Below the pieces are notes generated by a model that searched no databases, had not been told where the DNA came from, and saw only the letters and a program-made list of their open reading frames with translations. Both the position numbers and the translations under genes were made by a program. A DNA stretch of 64,000 nt from Pseudomonadota bacterium (GTDB lineage Bacteria; Bdellovibrionota; Bdellovibrionia; Bdellovibrionales; Bdellovibrionaceae): positions 32,001 to 96,000 of the forward strand of contig JBEGVH010000020.1 in NCBI GenBank assembly GCA_041178425.1, written 5' to 3'. Positions 10,002-20,356 of this stretch are shown piece by piece. How positions within the stretch are numbered: position 1 is the first letter of the stretch; each line of letters begins with the position of its first letter.

Positions 10002-10805
10002 TCAGCTACTCACAGACGTGTACTTGCGGAGCAAAGTGTGCCAAAAGATCGAAGCCATGGTGAAAAACAGCACAGAGATCGAGAGTGCGATCAACACCCA
10101 GTAATCTGGGCGAATCCCCAACACCACATGGGCTGGCACGCTGGCAATAAAACCGAGTGGCAACAAGAACAACAACACATAGCGAAGCCACGGCGGATAA
10201 ACAAAATCAGGTCGCAATGACATTCTAAAAAGTGAGTACCAAATCTGTGCAAGATTCTCTGCTCGTCCGAGCACAATTGCTGAAGTTGCTACCATAAAGC
10301 GCAATGAGTACATCACCACGTTCGAACAAAGAATCATGATGAGTATTTTAAAAATAACCCCAATACTCACCGCCCCCATCTCGAGGTGAAGACTATGCAG
10401 AAGCCACGCAAAACAAAAAATAAAATTGAGCAAATAAGAAGGATGCAGACGAAAGAAACTCATCATAAATTGTGAGTTCACCGGCTTGGCCAGTACGAGA
10501 TCGAGCTCTCCTTTGCGAATGCGCTCGGAGAGTTGCTCGAGATTTTCATGGTAGAACATCATATTAATTGTATCGGCGAGAAACAAACAGCCCAAAAAGA
10601 CTCGAATTTTACCGAGCCCCCAGCCCGAGATCTGCGAGGTATGCAGATACAGCACTTCAAAAACGGATACCTGAACAAAGTACCAAATAAAATCATTAAA
10701 AATTTTCATCGCAATATTAGCCCGAAACTCCAGCTCGGCAATAAAGCTCGTCTTAATGAGGGTTTTTAAAATGCGCCAGTATTGAGGCCTGTTGTTCGCT
10801 TGCAC
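10002..10805 (-). CDS. ABC-2 family permease (DUF990 type)
   Basis: ELEFRAN, IRKGELDLVLAKPVNSQF, LPLGFIASVPA motifs. Confidence 0.85.
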   Translation of the reverse strand: MQANNRPQYWRILKTLIKTSFIAELEFRANIAMKIFNDFIWYFVQVSVFEVLYLHTSQISGWGLGKIRVFLGCLFLADTINMMFYHENLEQLSERIRKGELDLVLAKPVNSQFMMSFFRLHPSYLLNFIFCFAWLLHSLHLEMGAVSIGVIFKILIMILCSNVVMYSLRFMVATSAIVLGRAENLAQIWYSLFRMSLRPDFVYPPWLRYVLLFLLPLGFIASVPAHVVLGIRPDYWVLIALSISVLFFTMASIFWHTLLRKYTSVSS

Positions 10806-11624
10806 TTAGGCCCCCGTTCCGGTGTATTCGCGAAGACCTCTACGCCATAGAATCATCGCCAGCCCCCCCACAATACAGCTCCAAAGAAGGGTCACAGTAA
10901 AGCCTCGCGCCATTTCTTCCCAACCTAAACGATGAGTCAAAAAACCTACCGGCAGGTAACAAGCCGAGGCAAAAGGCAGATACATCGAAAGAGTCTTAAG
11001 ACTGGTCGGCAATAAATCGAGAGGGAACAATTCCCCCGACGCCAGCCAAATAAAAAAGTTCTTGGTCACAGTAAAAGAGCTCACCTTTGTGAGTCGAAAG
11101 GCAAAACTCACCACACAAAAGGTAAGATTGTAGGTAAAAACGAGATAAACAAAAACTAACAGCACAGACACAGGCAATCGCGCGAGATCCGTAGTTCCGC
11201 CCATAACCATAGAAATGACGGCCGGTAACCAAAGCGAAAAAACCGCCGTGAAAAACTTGTAACCTAAAAACTGACCTAAATAAAATTCATAGAAACTCAC
11301 GGGCCGAGCAAGGATGGCATTGATACTCCCCGACTCCACCTCTTGCATCATACGAAACTCGTACATCCAATTGGCGGAGATCCGCGAGAAAAATAAGGCC
11401 CAAGTAGCATAGGAGAGGTAATACTCGCGCGTATAGCCCCCTAGAGTGGCAACCCCCATGGCCTGAAACATCGTCCACCACATAGCAAGTTCGACCACCG
11501 TTGAGATCAGGGGGTTCAAACACCAATCTGCAAAGGCATTAAAGCGATACTCTAATTGAGTTCGCAGCGCCAAATCAGCGTAGGCTCGCATCCTTTTCCA
11601 AAAATCGACGAATGACTTCTTCAA
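10806..11624 (-). CDS. ABC-2 family permease (DUF990 type); start possibly ATG 11591
   Basis: QLEYRFN, VESGSINAILARPVSF, SGELFPLDLLP motifs. Confidence 0.85.
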   Translation of the reverse strand: MKKSFVDFWKRMRAYADLALRTQLEYRFNAFADWCLNPLISTVVELAMWWTMFQAMGVATLGGYTREYYLSYATWALFFSRISANWMYEFRMMQEVESGSINAILARPVSFYEFYLGQFLGYKFFTAVFSLWLPAVISMVMGGTTDLARLPVSVLLVFVYLVFTYNLTFCVVSFAFRLTKVSSFTVTKNFFIWLASGELFPLDLLPTSLKTLSMYLPFASACYLPVGFLTHRLGWEEMARGFTVTLLWSCIVGGLAMILWRRGLREYTGTGA

Positions 11625-12582
11625 AATCAGTTTCCTCTACTCTAATTTGATCGATAGTTCCTACTTGCATTAGCTCGCTTAAAAATTCCGACATTTTACT
11701 AGGCATGAGTTCTGTTTGTACGACCTCTTGCCCGGCACTCACCGTCACCCCAGAGTTCAGCTGTCGACCCGCGCGAAGCGGTTGACTAAAGGTGCAAGTC
11801 ACTTTCTGAATTTGTGAACTCGCGCTCATAAACTCATTCACCGTACCGTCGTATTTGATTTCTCCTTGCTTCATAAGAAGCAAGCGATTGGCCAACTTGG
11901 CAATATCATCCATGTAGTGACTCGTGAGAATAATCGTTGGCTTTTCTTCTTTTACATAATTGTCGAGAAAGTGACGAATCGTATTCTGAGCCACCACATC
12001 GAGCCCAATGGTTGGCTCATCCAAAAATAACACTTTAGGCTGATGCAAAAGGGCACCGATGATTTCCATTTTCATGCGCTCACCAAGCGAAAGCCGACGC
12101 AACTGAATCGAAAGCTGCCCCACACAATCGAGCATCTCTGCCAAGGCATAGACTCGTTTAACGGCCGCTTGAGGATCCAAACCATAAATCGAAGCCAATA
12201 AACTAAAACTATCTAAAGGCGGAATATCCCACCACAGCTGATTTTTCTGACCGAGAAGTATACTTATTTGCCGCAAAAACTCTGGCGCGCGCTCACTCGG
12301 GTTGTATCCCAAAACTTTTACGGAACCAGCCGTTGGGTGAATTAACCCCGAAAGAAGTTTCAACAGGGTTGTCTTACCGGCTCCATTCGAACCGACTAAT
12401 CCAACAATAATCCCTTCGTCGACCGTTAAATCGAGAGGTCGCAGCGCCTGTTTTTCAATATATTGGCGTTTAAAGAGGCCTCTAAAAGAGTTAATAAGGC
12501 CATCTTCTTTTTTGTAGGTAATAAAGTTTCTTTCGAGCTTTCGACAATCAATCACTGTTGGCATCGGCAATAGAACTCCCAA
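11575..12582 (-). CDS. ABC transporter ATP-binding protein (start uncertain, 12564-12582)
   Basis: Walker A GSNGAGKT, LSLGERMK signature, LFLDEPT. Confidence 0.92.
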   Translation of the reverse strand: MGVLLPMPTVIDCRKLERNFITYKKEDGLINSFRGLFKRQYIEKQALRPLDLTVDEGIIVGLVGSNGAGKTTLLKLLSGLIHPTAGSVKVLGYNPSERAPEFLRQISILLGQKNQLWWDIPPLDSFSLLASIYGLDPQAAVKRVYALAEMLDCVGQLSIQLRRLSLGERMKMEIIGALLHQPKVLFLDEPTIGLDVVAQNTIRHFLDNYVKEEKPTIILTSHYMDDIAKLANRLLLMKQGEIKYDGTVNEFMSASSQIQKVTCTFSQPLRAGRQLNSGVTVSAGQEVVQTELMPSKMSEFLSELMQVGTIDQIRVEETDFEEVIRRFLEKDASLR

Positions 12583-12663
12583 AGGTTCCCCCTACTCCAA
12601 CAAAGTGCTCATCGAGGGTCAATAAAGATTTGATGGGACGAAACCGTTAAAGGAAGGGGAAAA

Positions 12664-12725
12664 TTGTAGATAGGCCTTCGTAAAATTGTAGCTGTATCTA
12701 CAAAAATTTGTAGCTGAATCTACAA
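12664..12725. promoter_or_regulatory. Tandem palindromic operator-like array, 22-bp period
   Basis: TTGTAG-N6-CTACAA at 12686 and 12708, with a degenerate copy at 12664. Confidence 0.55.
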
Positions 12726-12771
12726 AAAATCTACCTCAGGCTGTATTAACGCCCCAAAACGAGCTGAAAGC

Positions 12772-14079
12772 CTAACCTTCGCCGCGGTCGATATAAACTT
12801 CTTTATTATCGTCATTATAACCGAAAAGCTCCCCATAACGACCCCATTGTATCAGGGTATCAAAGACATCCTCTGGGTTCTCATTGGGCAACCATTCGTG
12901 AATCGTTTGAATGGCCTCTTCGCGACCCATCGCTCCCCCCTCACTATTTGAGAGTCGCTGGTAGAACTGCTGAGTGAGCTTTAACTGCATAAGCCCCTCG
13001 TGAATCATACGTTTACGTTGATTCACGTCGGCTTTAACAAAGGCCCTTCCCAAATCGGTTAGAACGATTTGGTTTTTGGGAGTATCAACGAAGTCGAGTA
13101 ATTCGGCAGCTTTTGCCATTAAAAGAATGTTCAATGAGTCTTTGGTTAACTTGTGAGCCAGAGTGAAGGCATCAGCACGACCGCCGTCTTCCATAACCAC
13201 TTCAAGAAATCCCACCACTTCGGTCATGTTTACATTCGGCGGAGCTTCAAAACCGGTTCCCTGCAGAGCTGGTGGAACCCATTCTGGTGCATCGGGAATG
13301 ATTGACTCAGTGAGTACGTCGCGAATGATTTCAACCAAAGACTTCACCGATGCGGTTTTTTCATCGCGAGGATAAGGGAGTTCGTTACGAATCGTGTAAC
13401 GAATCTGCCCCGGGTTAGAACCCATAACTAAAATTCGGCTACCCATAGAAACCGCCTCGGCAATATTATGGGTGATGAGCACAATCGATTTAATCGCTGT
13501 TTTACGAGTGAGCCATAAATTGAGAATTTCCTTGCGAAGAGTTTCGGCCGTTAAAACATCGAGCGCACTGAAGGGCTCATCGAGACATAAAATCGGTCGC
13601 TCCATAACCAACGCCCGAGCAAATCCTACTCTCTGCTTCATTCCACCCGAAAGCTCTTTAGGATAGGCTTCTTCAAAGCCCTCAAGACCAACAAGGTCGA
13701 TAGCTTTTTTTACCCTTTGCTCAACTTCGTCTTGAGCAAGACCCAAAGGTTTTAATCCCAGCGCGACGTTATCGGCCACATTCAACCAAGGCAAAAGAGC
13801 AAAGCTTTGAAAAACTAATGAAACATCGTCGTTCACTTCTTCAATGGGTTCGTTATGAGAATAAACTTTTCCGTGTGTCGGATTAAGAAGGCCAGCCATT
13901 AAACGCAGGCAGGTTGATTTACCAGAACCCGAGGGACCAAGAAGTACCAAAACCTCATTTTCGAAGAGCGACAAGTTAACGTTATCGAGAACCTTCAAAT
14001 TACGACCAGACTCCAAACGAAAACTTTGGTAGACGTTTCTTAACTCAATCATGGGTACTAAAGGATTCGACATAAGCAT
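12772..14079 (-). CDS. NitT/TauT-family ABC ATP-binding protein with C-terminal AAA-associated domain
   Basis: GPSGSGKST, LSGGMKQRVGFARAL, DEPFSALD; C-terminal WGRYGELFGY. Confidence 0.9.
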   Translation of the reverse strand: MLMSNPLVPMIELRNVYQSFRLESGRNLKVLDNVNLSLFENEVLVLLGPSGSGKSTCLRLMAGLLNPTHGKVYSHNEPIEEVNDDVSLVFQSFALLPWLNVADNVALGLKPLGLAQDEVEQRVKKAIDLVGLEGFEEAYPKELSGGMKQRVGFARALVMERPILCLDEPFSALDVLTAETLRKEILNLWLTRKTAIKSIVLITHNIAEAVSMGSRILVMGSNPGQIRYTIRNELPYPRDEKTASVKSLVEIIRDVLTESIIPDAPEWVPPALQGTGFEAPPNVNMTEVVGFLEVVMEDGGRADAFTLAHKLTKDSLNILLMAKAAELLDFVDTPKNQIVLTDLGRAFVKADVNQRKRMIHEGLMQLKLTQQFYQRLSNSEGGAMGREEAIQTIHEWLPNENPEDVFDTLIQWGRYGELFGYNDDNKEVYIDRGEG

Positions 14080-14084
14080 TACCC

Positions 14085-15839
14085 TTACCTTTCAAATCTA
14101 AAACGACGATCAACCCAGTCGTAAACACGATGCCAAACCAAACGATTGACTCCCACAACTACGATCACCATTGCCAGCAATGAACCCGCAAGAAGAGAAT
14201 AATTTCCCCGAGCGGTGGCTTCACTGATTAGGGCGCCAAGCCCCATAGTGCTCTGAACTTCATTTTTGTAGTGAAGATACTCGGCAACAATACTCGCGTT
14301 CCAAGCGCCACCCGCCGCCGTTACTAGCCCGGTTACTAGGTTTGGTAAAATCGAGGGAATATAAAGATTCTTCCAGGTGTCTGTTTTTGAGAGCCCTACT
14401 AGTAAAAAAGTTTCTCGCAATTCTCTAGAGATCATTGTGGCACCCGCGAGCACGTTAAACAAAACGTACCACTGAACTCCCAACAACATTAAAACACCGC
14501 TGCCAACACCGAGGCCAATCCCTAAAAAGTGCAAGGCCATTAAAACGAGCGGATAAAGCATCGGAGCCGGGAACGACGCCCCCAACTGAATGATTGGCTG
14601 AAAAAACCGAGTTCGCGCCGGTGATAAACCCACCCATAAACCAAAAGGAACAGTCCAAAGCGTAGAAACAATCAAACAGGCAATAACCCTTAGTAAGGTC
14701 AATAAGGTTGATTTAGTAATCAGAATGGCTTCAGACGCCGAAATACCTTCGAGAAAATTAAAAATTTTGCTCGAACCCCACAAAACCAGAACTAAGGCCG
14801 TTAAGCTAAAAAGTCGTCCAAAAACCTGAAAATGATCAAGCCACTCGATACTCTGCACTTTTTCTCGAATGGGTTGATACATCCGAAAGGTAAGGCTTTG
14901 CTTTCTCTTTTTTCGCGGCCCATGAAAGGTGGGAGCCCAAATAATTCGAAAGAGTTGTTCAACCCAGCGAACAATATTGGATTCTTGCAACAAGAGCTGC
15001 ATAAACGGAATCTCTTGGTAGTCTTCGGGTGCTTCATCTAAACGAAATCGTCGGGTCCAAGCGATGATCGGACGCCAAACCACAAAGTCCATTCCCAAAA
15101 TCAAAACTATAACTGCAACAAAACCACCAAACATTGCCTGAATATTTCCTTGCTCGATAGCAACGGCCATATAAGAACCTAACCCGGGCAGGCGATACTG
15201 TTTACCCCCAAGGGTAAAGGCCTCACAGATGGTAAGAAAAAACCATCCCCCTGCCATCGACATCAAGCTGTTCCAGGCGAGCCCACTGGCCGAGAAGGGA
15301 AGCTCGACGAGGATAAACTTTTGCCACCAAGAGAGACTCACGTTATCACTCATTTCGTGAAAGCTTTTAGGAACGCCCTTCATAGAAGAGTAAAAACTAA
15401 ACGTTAAATTCCAAACCTGACCCGTAAAGATCATTAGGATGCACGCCAGTTCCAGGCCCAAATTGTGTTCCGTGAAGAGACTCATTAAACCAAGAACTAA
15501 TCCTGGCAAAAAACCAATAACTGGAATTGACTGACCGATATCAATAAACGGTAAGATGATTTGTTCTGCCCTTTTGTGTCGAGCGGCCAAATAGCCAAAA
15601 ACAAGACTGAAGAGTAATGAAAGCAAATACGCCAAGCTCGCACGAAAAAGCGAGTAGATTCCATAAAGAGGTAAGGCTGAAAAACTAAGATCGATGGTAA
15701 ATTCAGGCTGCAACTCACCCGACCACCTCTGAGCGGTTACAACCGAACCATAAATTAAAAATGTAAGAAGACCGACGACGATCAAATCGACGAAGTGGAA
15801 GTTTCTGAAATTTGGTCGTTTGACTGATGTTGAAATCAC
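14085..15839 (-). CDS. NitT/TauT-family ABC permease with two permease domains
   Basis: QSIPVIGFLP, WNSLMSMAGGWFF, AAGGAWNASIVAEY motifs. Confidence 0.88.
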   Translation of the reverse strand: MISTSVKRPNFRNFHFVDLIVVGLLTFLIYGSVVTAQRWSGELQPEFTIDLSFSALPLYGIYSLFRASLAYLLSLLFSLVFGYLAARHKRAEQIILPFIDIGQSIPVIGFLPGLVLGLMSLFTEHNLGLELACILMIFTGQVWNLTFSFYSSMKGVPKSFHEMSDNVSLSWWQKFILVELPFSASGLAWNSLMSMAGGWFFLTICEAFTLGGKQYRLPGLGSYMAVAIEQGNIQAMFGGFVAVIVLILGMDFVVWRPIIAWTRRFRLDEAPEDYQEIPFMQLLLQESNIVRWVEQLFRIIWAPTFHGPRKKRKQSLTFRMYQPIREKVQSIEWLDHFQVFGRLFSLTALVLVLWGSSKIFNFLEGISASEAILITKSTLLTLLRVIACLIVSTLWTVPFGLWVGLSPARTRFFQPIIQLGASFPAPMLYPLVLMALHFLGIGLGVGSGVLMLLGVQWYVLFNVLAGATMISRELRETFLLVGLSKTDTWKNLYIPSILPNLVTGLVTAAGGAWNASIVAEYLHYKNEVQSTMGLGALISEATARGNYSLLAGSLLAMVIVVVGVNRLVWHRVYDWVDRRFRFER

Positions 15840-15902
15840 TTTTGCAAACTATCAAAATTTATCGATACTGTACACCGCAAAGCAATGTTTTTGGGAGACA
15901 AT

Positions 15903-16547
15903 TTAGGCGATCTGCTTGAAGATCTTATCATTAGTTTCTGGGTCAGCCTCAGGGCGCCCCCATAAAGGCTGGGCCTGCAGAAAGATTTTTACTAGTTGCT
16001 CATCAAACTGAGTACCAGCAAATTTCTGAAGCTCTGCATAGACAGCTTCCACAGGAAGCCCTTGGCGATAGCTTCGATTTTGAGTCATGGCATCGTAGGT
16101 GTCGACAATCAAGATAACTCGCGAAACAAGAGGAATTTGATCTCCAGACAAACCATCTGGATACCCTCGTCCATCGAGCCGCTCATGGTGCCCACGAATA
16201 GGATCTAGCAGGTCTTTAAAAAAAGGATTATCTGCAACCGCATGAACAATTTGCTCGCTCATTTCGGGGTGTTTTTTCATCATCGCAATTTCTTCGAGAT
16301 CCAGTTTAGCGGGCTTATGAATCACGCTCTGTGGAACACCAATTTTACCAACATCATGAAAGAGACCCGAAAACTCAGCCACCTTTTGCAGGTAAGGATC
16401 AAGACCTGCGTCTCGCGCCAGCAGGCGGGAGTACTCGCCCACTCGACAGCAATGGTAAAACGTCAACGGGTCAACAACTCGCAAGGATTGCATCAATGCT
16501 TTCGCAATATCATAGGTTGACGACGGTACGTTGCTATTCCCCGACAA
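15903..16547 (-). CDS. HD-GYP cyclic dinucleotide phosphodiesterase
   Basis: HDVGKIG, HHERLDGRGYP, GTQFD motifs; SD GGGAG before TTG. Confidence 0.9.
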   Translation of the reverse strand: MSGNSNVPSSTYDIAKALMQSLRVVDPLTFYHCCRVGEYSRLLARDAGLDPYLQKVAEFSGLFHDVGKIGVPQSVIHKPAKLDLEEIAMMKKHPEMSEQIVHAVADNPFFKDLLDPIRGHHERLDGRGYPDGLSGDQIPLVSRVILIVDTYDAMTQNRSYRQGLPVEAVYAELQKFAGTQFDEQLVKIFLQAQPLWGRPEADPETNDKIFKQIA

Positions 16548-16574
16548 AAATGGCTCCCTTTTGTTCTACCCTAC

Positions 16575-16601
16575 TCTTCGGTCGATTAGCCGAATCCTTT
16601 A
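16575..16601 (-). promoter_or_regulatory. Putative sigma-28 promoter
   Basis: TAAA-N15-ACCGAAGA upstream of the HD-GYP gene. Confidence 0.5.
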
Positions 16602-16892
16602 TGAAATATTAACCGACCTTGCTAAAAGTCGGTAATTTCATTAGGAATGCATCTCATCTTGAGGCTCAAAAAACATAAAATCTAGGTTCGAAACAAGGCC
16701 TCCACCTCCTATTGCCTAAATCTGAGACTAACCTTTGGGGTTTCCTTTATTTTGGGCCTTCCTTTATTTGCGCCGTAATTAATGCAGTTTCAACTTGGCC
16801 ATGAACCCCAATCTATTGTAGAGATTGAGGCATTGTATCTAACGTGGTGGTTCAGCGAACCCAAACGTTTTTGAGAGGAAGGTTTAGTATTT

Positions 16893-17678
16893 ATGAGTAA
16901 CCCCTTTGACCAACAAAAAGCGATCCCTGGAGTTCAGAAAATTATCGCCGTTAGCTCGGGCAAAGGAGGGGTTGGCAAGAGCACTGTAGCCACCAATCTC
17001 GCCCTCGCCCTCGGCCAAAAATTTAAAGTCGGCCTTCTCGACGCCGATATCTATGGCCCGAGTCTTCCACGAATGATGGGAACCCTAAATCAAAAACCGA
17101 CCATCAGTGCCGAGGGAAAAATTGAGCCCATCATTAGGCATGGAATCAAGCTCATGAGCATTGGTTATCTTGTCGAAGAATCGGCGGCTGTCGTCTGGCG
17201 AGGCCCCATGCTCTTTAAAGCCATCGACCAATTTCTGCGTGATGTTCAATGGAGTCCCCTTGATATTCTCGTGATCGACCTGCCACCCGGAACTGGTGAC
17301 ATTCAACTGAGTCTGGCTCAAAAGGTTCCATTGAATGGTGTCGTTGTTGTTTCAACACCGCAAAACATTGCCTTCATCGACGCAAAAAAATCTATCGACA
17401 TGTTTGAACGAGTTCAGGTTCCCAATCTCGGTCTCATCGAAAACATGGCCTATATGATCAACCCAGCCAACGGCGAGCGCATGCAGATTTTTCCTAAAGG
17501 AGAAATCGACGGCTATCTTAAGAGCAAAAAAATTGAAAAACTCGGTGAAATTCCTATGAATCCATCGGTGAGCCTAGCCTGCGAGGCAGGAATTCCGATT
17601 GTGGAAGCGAGCCCCGATGGCGCTGAGGCAAAAGCTTTTTGTGACATTGCTGAAAAAATAGCGGCTAAACTTTTTTAG
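16893..17678 (+). CDS. apbC: Mrp/ApbC Fe-S cluster carrier ATPase
   Basis: SGKGGVGKST, DADIYGPS, VWRGPM, DLPPGTGD. Confidence 0.9.
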   Translation: MSNPFDQQKAIPGVQKIIAVSSGKGGVGKSTVATNLALALGQKFKVGLLDADIYGPSLPRMMGTLNQKPTISAEGKIEPIIRHGIKLMSIGYLVEESAAVVWRGPMLFKAIDQFLRDVQWSPLDILVIDLPPGTGDIQLSLAQKVPLNGVVVVSTPQNIAFIDAKKSIDMFERVQVPNLGLIENMAYMINPANGERMQIFPKGEIDGYLKSKKIEKLGEIPMNPSVSLACEAGIPIVEASPDGAEAKAFCDIAEKIAAKLF

Positions 17679-18432
17679 GCTGCGAATGATTTTGCTCCCA
17701 GAACTTGGCGTATTTCAAAAATATGGAATACGCCGCTCCCACCGCAATGATGAATCCCGCTCTTCCATCGAGAAACCCTCGTTTAAAAATATAGAGCTCG
17801 ATAAATTTAACGGGTGGCTTACTGAGAAGTTGCCATAATCCAGCTTGTTTACCCGACTTTCGTAGAGCCTCGGCTCCCAAAGTGGAATAACGATTATTAG
17901 TCGCTATTTGATCGGCCAAATTATCAAATGGGAAATGAAGCAGGTCATTCTTAAGAACCTCTATATTTTCACCGCGAACCGATTCATGCAAATCATCCGC
18001 TGACCACTGTAATTGGCGGCGATTAAATAAGCGAGTTTGATAATCGGGATACCACCCTCCGTGCAGAAGCCATCGACCTAAATGCCAACTTTTCCGCGGA
18101 ATTTTATAACCGGCACGCGCAGGAAACCCATTTTTAAGTAATTGAACTATCTCTTTCTGCAGCTCTGCCCCTAAGGCCTCGTCGGCATCCAAACAAAGAA
18201 CCCAATCATATTGGGCTAGTTCAACCGAGCGGCGCTTTTGAGAACCAAAACCCCTCCACTCTTCATCAAAAACTCTTGCCCCTAGACCTTCGGCCAAGGT
18301 TCGGGTTTCGTCGCTGCTTCCGCTATCTAAAACAACAATATCTGAAGCAAAAGGAACCGACTGAAGACAGCGTTGAATATTGGTCGCTTCATTCAAAGTA
18401 ATTACGCACAAGGAGACTGGGAGTTTTTCCAT
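17665..18432 (-). CDS. GT2 glycosyltransferase (WaaE/KdtX-like)
   Basis: ITLNEA, DSGSSD, LDADE, GWYPDYQTRLF, GFLDGRAG. Confidence 0.88.
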   Translation of the reverse strand: MEKLPVSLCVITLNEATNIQRCLQSVPFASDIVVLDSGSSDETRTLAEGLGARVFDEEWRGFGSQKRRSVELAQYDWVLCLDADEALGAELQKEIVQLLKNGFPARAGYKIPRKSWHLGRWLLHGGWYPDYQTRLFNRRQLQWSADDLHESVRGENIEVLKNDLLHFPFDNLADQIATNNRYSTLGAEALRKSGKQAGLWQLLSKPPVKFIELYIFKRGFLDGRAGFIIAVGAAYSIFLKYAKFWEQNHSQPKKV

Positions 18433-18630
18433 ACTTTGAGATTTAATAACAAAACCCCCACCCATCAACCCTTTTTATCAAGCACGCTAGGGGAACTGTC
18501 TTTGCTGAAATTCAGAGCCTCCCCTTTAGAACCACGCGTGTCACAAAAAATCTTCTCTTCGCTTTGCTTGTCAAGGGTCGTAGAACTTTGCAAAATGAAA
18601 GCTGATCGTTGCTTTAGGAACAGGAACTCA

Positions 18631-19251
18631 ATGCCGTATTTTAAATCTCTTTTTGTTTATTCAGCTCTCCTATTGGTGCCCGCAATGGCTAGCGCCTACC
18701 TTACCAATGCTGATTCAGGAGAACTGGTTCCTATTGATCAATACCGACTTGTCATCGAACCCCAAGTCTCTCACTTCAACCTAACCGCGCACTTTGATAC
18801 TGGTATTTCAGATTCTTCGCAAATGAGAGTTTCCCTGGGGTCCGGTGAAGACGGCACTCACCTAGACTTCTTTTATAAAAATATTCCCGTTCCGGATTAT
18901 GGCAATCAGCCTGCTATTGGCTACAAGGTGGGAACCATTTTTGCCAGCGATCGAGGAACGAACATCTTTACCGTGCGCTTTATGCCCTTGATTAGCAAAT
19001 CGTACGAGATTAATCAAAATCGCTGGACACCCTACCTTAGCTTACCACTCAGTGTAAGCACCGTGAAAAGCACATCTACAACACCGATCCATGCTGTGAT
19101 TGGCACCGAAGTCACCCTGGAGTCAGCTCCAGATATGCAGTTAGGCTGCGAAATTGGCGCTAACATCAAAGACAGCTTTTCCTACGGATCGGTCTTTATT
19201 AGTTTTTATTTTGAACCACCAGAGAATGTAACTGAAACACGTAATCATTGA
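18631..19251 (+). CDS. Secreted/outer-membrane beta-rich hypothetical protein
   Basis: SD AGGA before ATG 18631, signal peptide ending ASA, amphipathic strands. Confidence 0.6.
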   Translation: MPYFKSLFVYSALLLVPAMASAYLTNADSGELVPIDQYRLVIEPQVSHFNLTAHFDTGISDSSQMRVSLGSGEDGTHLDFFYKNIPVPDYGNQPAIGYKVGTIFASDRGTNIFTVRFMPLISKSYEINQNRWTPYLSLPLSVSTVKSTSTTPIHAVIGTEVTLESAPDMQLGCEIGANIKDSFSYGSVFISFYFEPPENVTETRNH

Positions 19252-19273
19252 CGGATTAATGGAGTAACCAACG

Positions 19274-20353
19274 ATGGTCTTATCACTTTTCATGGGCAAC
19301 AGCAAATCAGACATCTACGTCGACCTCGGAACGGTCAACACCAAGCTTGTCGTACGCGATCGAGGTCTAATTATTAATGAACCGTCAGTCATCGCTTATA
19401 CCACCGGTCGACACGGCAAAAAAAACATTGTTGCCGTAGGCAACGATGCGATTGCTCAGGTTAACAAAACCCCAGGGAATTTATTTCTTGGCCGCCCACT
19501 CAAAGAAGGCGTTATTGCCGACGTAGAAACGACAGAGTCAATGCTACGCTATTTTATTTCTCGCCCCGGTATAAGCCGATGGCTGTCGCGACCAAGAATC
19601 ATCGTTTCGATTCCTCATGGCATTAAAAAAATTGAAAAAGAAGCCGTCGTGCATGCGGGTCGCGCTGCTGGAGCGCGCGATGTGGTTCTGGTTGAAGAGC
19701 CTATGGTGGCGGCTATTGGCGCCAATCTTCCTATTCAAGAACCAAAAGGGCAAATGTTAATTGATATCGGCGGAGGCACCTCTGAGGTTGCCATCATTGC
19801 TCTATCTGCGATTGTTTACTGCCAAACTCTTCGTGTTGGCGGCCAACAACTCAATGATGCAATTGTTCTATGGGTTAAAAAGAATAAGAACGCTATCATT
19901 TCTGAAACCGCTGCAGAAGAGCTCAAAATCGAAATCGGTTCTGCCACATTAAAGGAAAGTATCTTATCAAAAAAGATCCAAGCCCGCGATGGTACTTCAG
20001 GTTTATCCATGGATCTCGAGATTACCACAAAAGATATTCATGCAGCCATTAAAGATTGTCTCAGCGACCTGATATTTGGCATAAAGCGCGCCCTTGAGAA
20101 TACCCCTCCAGAGCTTCTCTCTGATATCATCGAAAATGGAATTGTCATTACCGGTGGTGGCAGTCTTTTAAAAGGTATTGATCAAAGAATTCAAGAAGAA
20201 GTTAAAATTAAAGTGAAGCGAACTCCCGATCCACTCACAACAATTGCAAAAGGTGGAGAGAGACTTTTAGGTACACCTGAGCTACTTGAAAATATCGAAC
20301 TCGCGATTGAAGAAGAACACGAGTCTGTCGCGAGGCGCTCGAGCTTTTACTAA
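19274..20353 (+). CDS. mreB: MreB/Mbl-family actin homologue (stand-alone paralogue)
   Basis: DLGTVNT, NEPSVIA, EEPMVAAIG, DIGGGTSEVA, TGGGSLL. Confidence 0.88.
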   Translation: MVLSLFMGNSKSDIYVDLGTVNTKLVVRDRGLIINEPSVIAYTTGRHGKKNIVAVGNDAIAQVNKTPGNLFLGRPLKEGVIADVETTESMLRYFISRPGISRWLSRPRIIVSIPHGIKKIEKEAVVHAGRAAGARDVVLVEEPMVAAIGANLPIQEPKGQMLIDIGGGTSEVAIIALSAIVYCQTLRVGGQQLNDAIVLWVKKNKNAIISETAAEELKIEIGSATLKESILSKKIQARDGTSGLSMDLEITTKDIHAAIKDCLSDLIFGIKRALENTPPELLSDIIENGIVITGGGSLLKGIDQRIQEEVKIKVKRTPDPLTTIAKGGERLLGTPELLENIELAIEEEHESVARRSSFY

Positions 20354-20356
20354 GAG

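Noticed and set aside
12664..12735. CRISPR array or oriC DnaA boxes
   Set aside because: No spacers or cas genes; the core is ATCTACA rather than TCCACA and there is no origin context.
18373..18630. N-terminal extension of the 18373-19251 ORF
   Set aside because: Overlaps the divergent GT2 start; the SD and signal peptide support ATG 18631.
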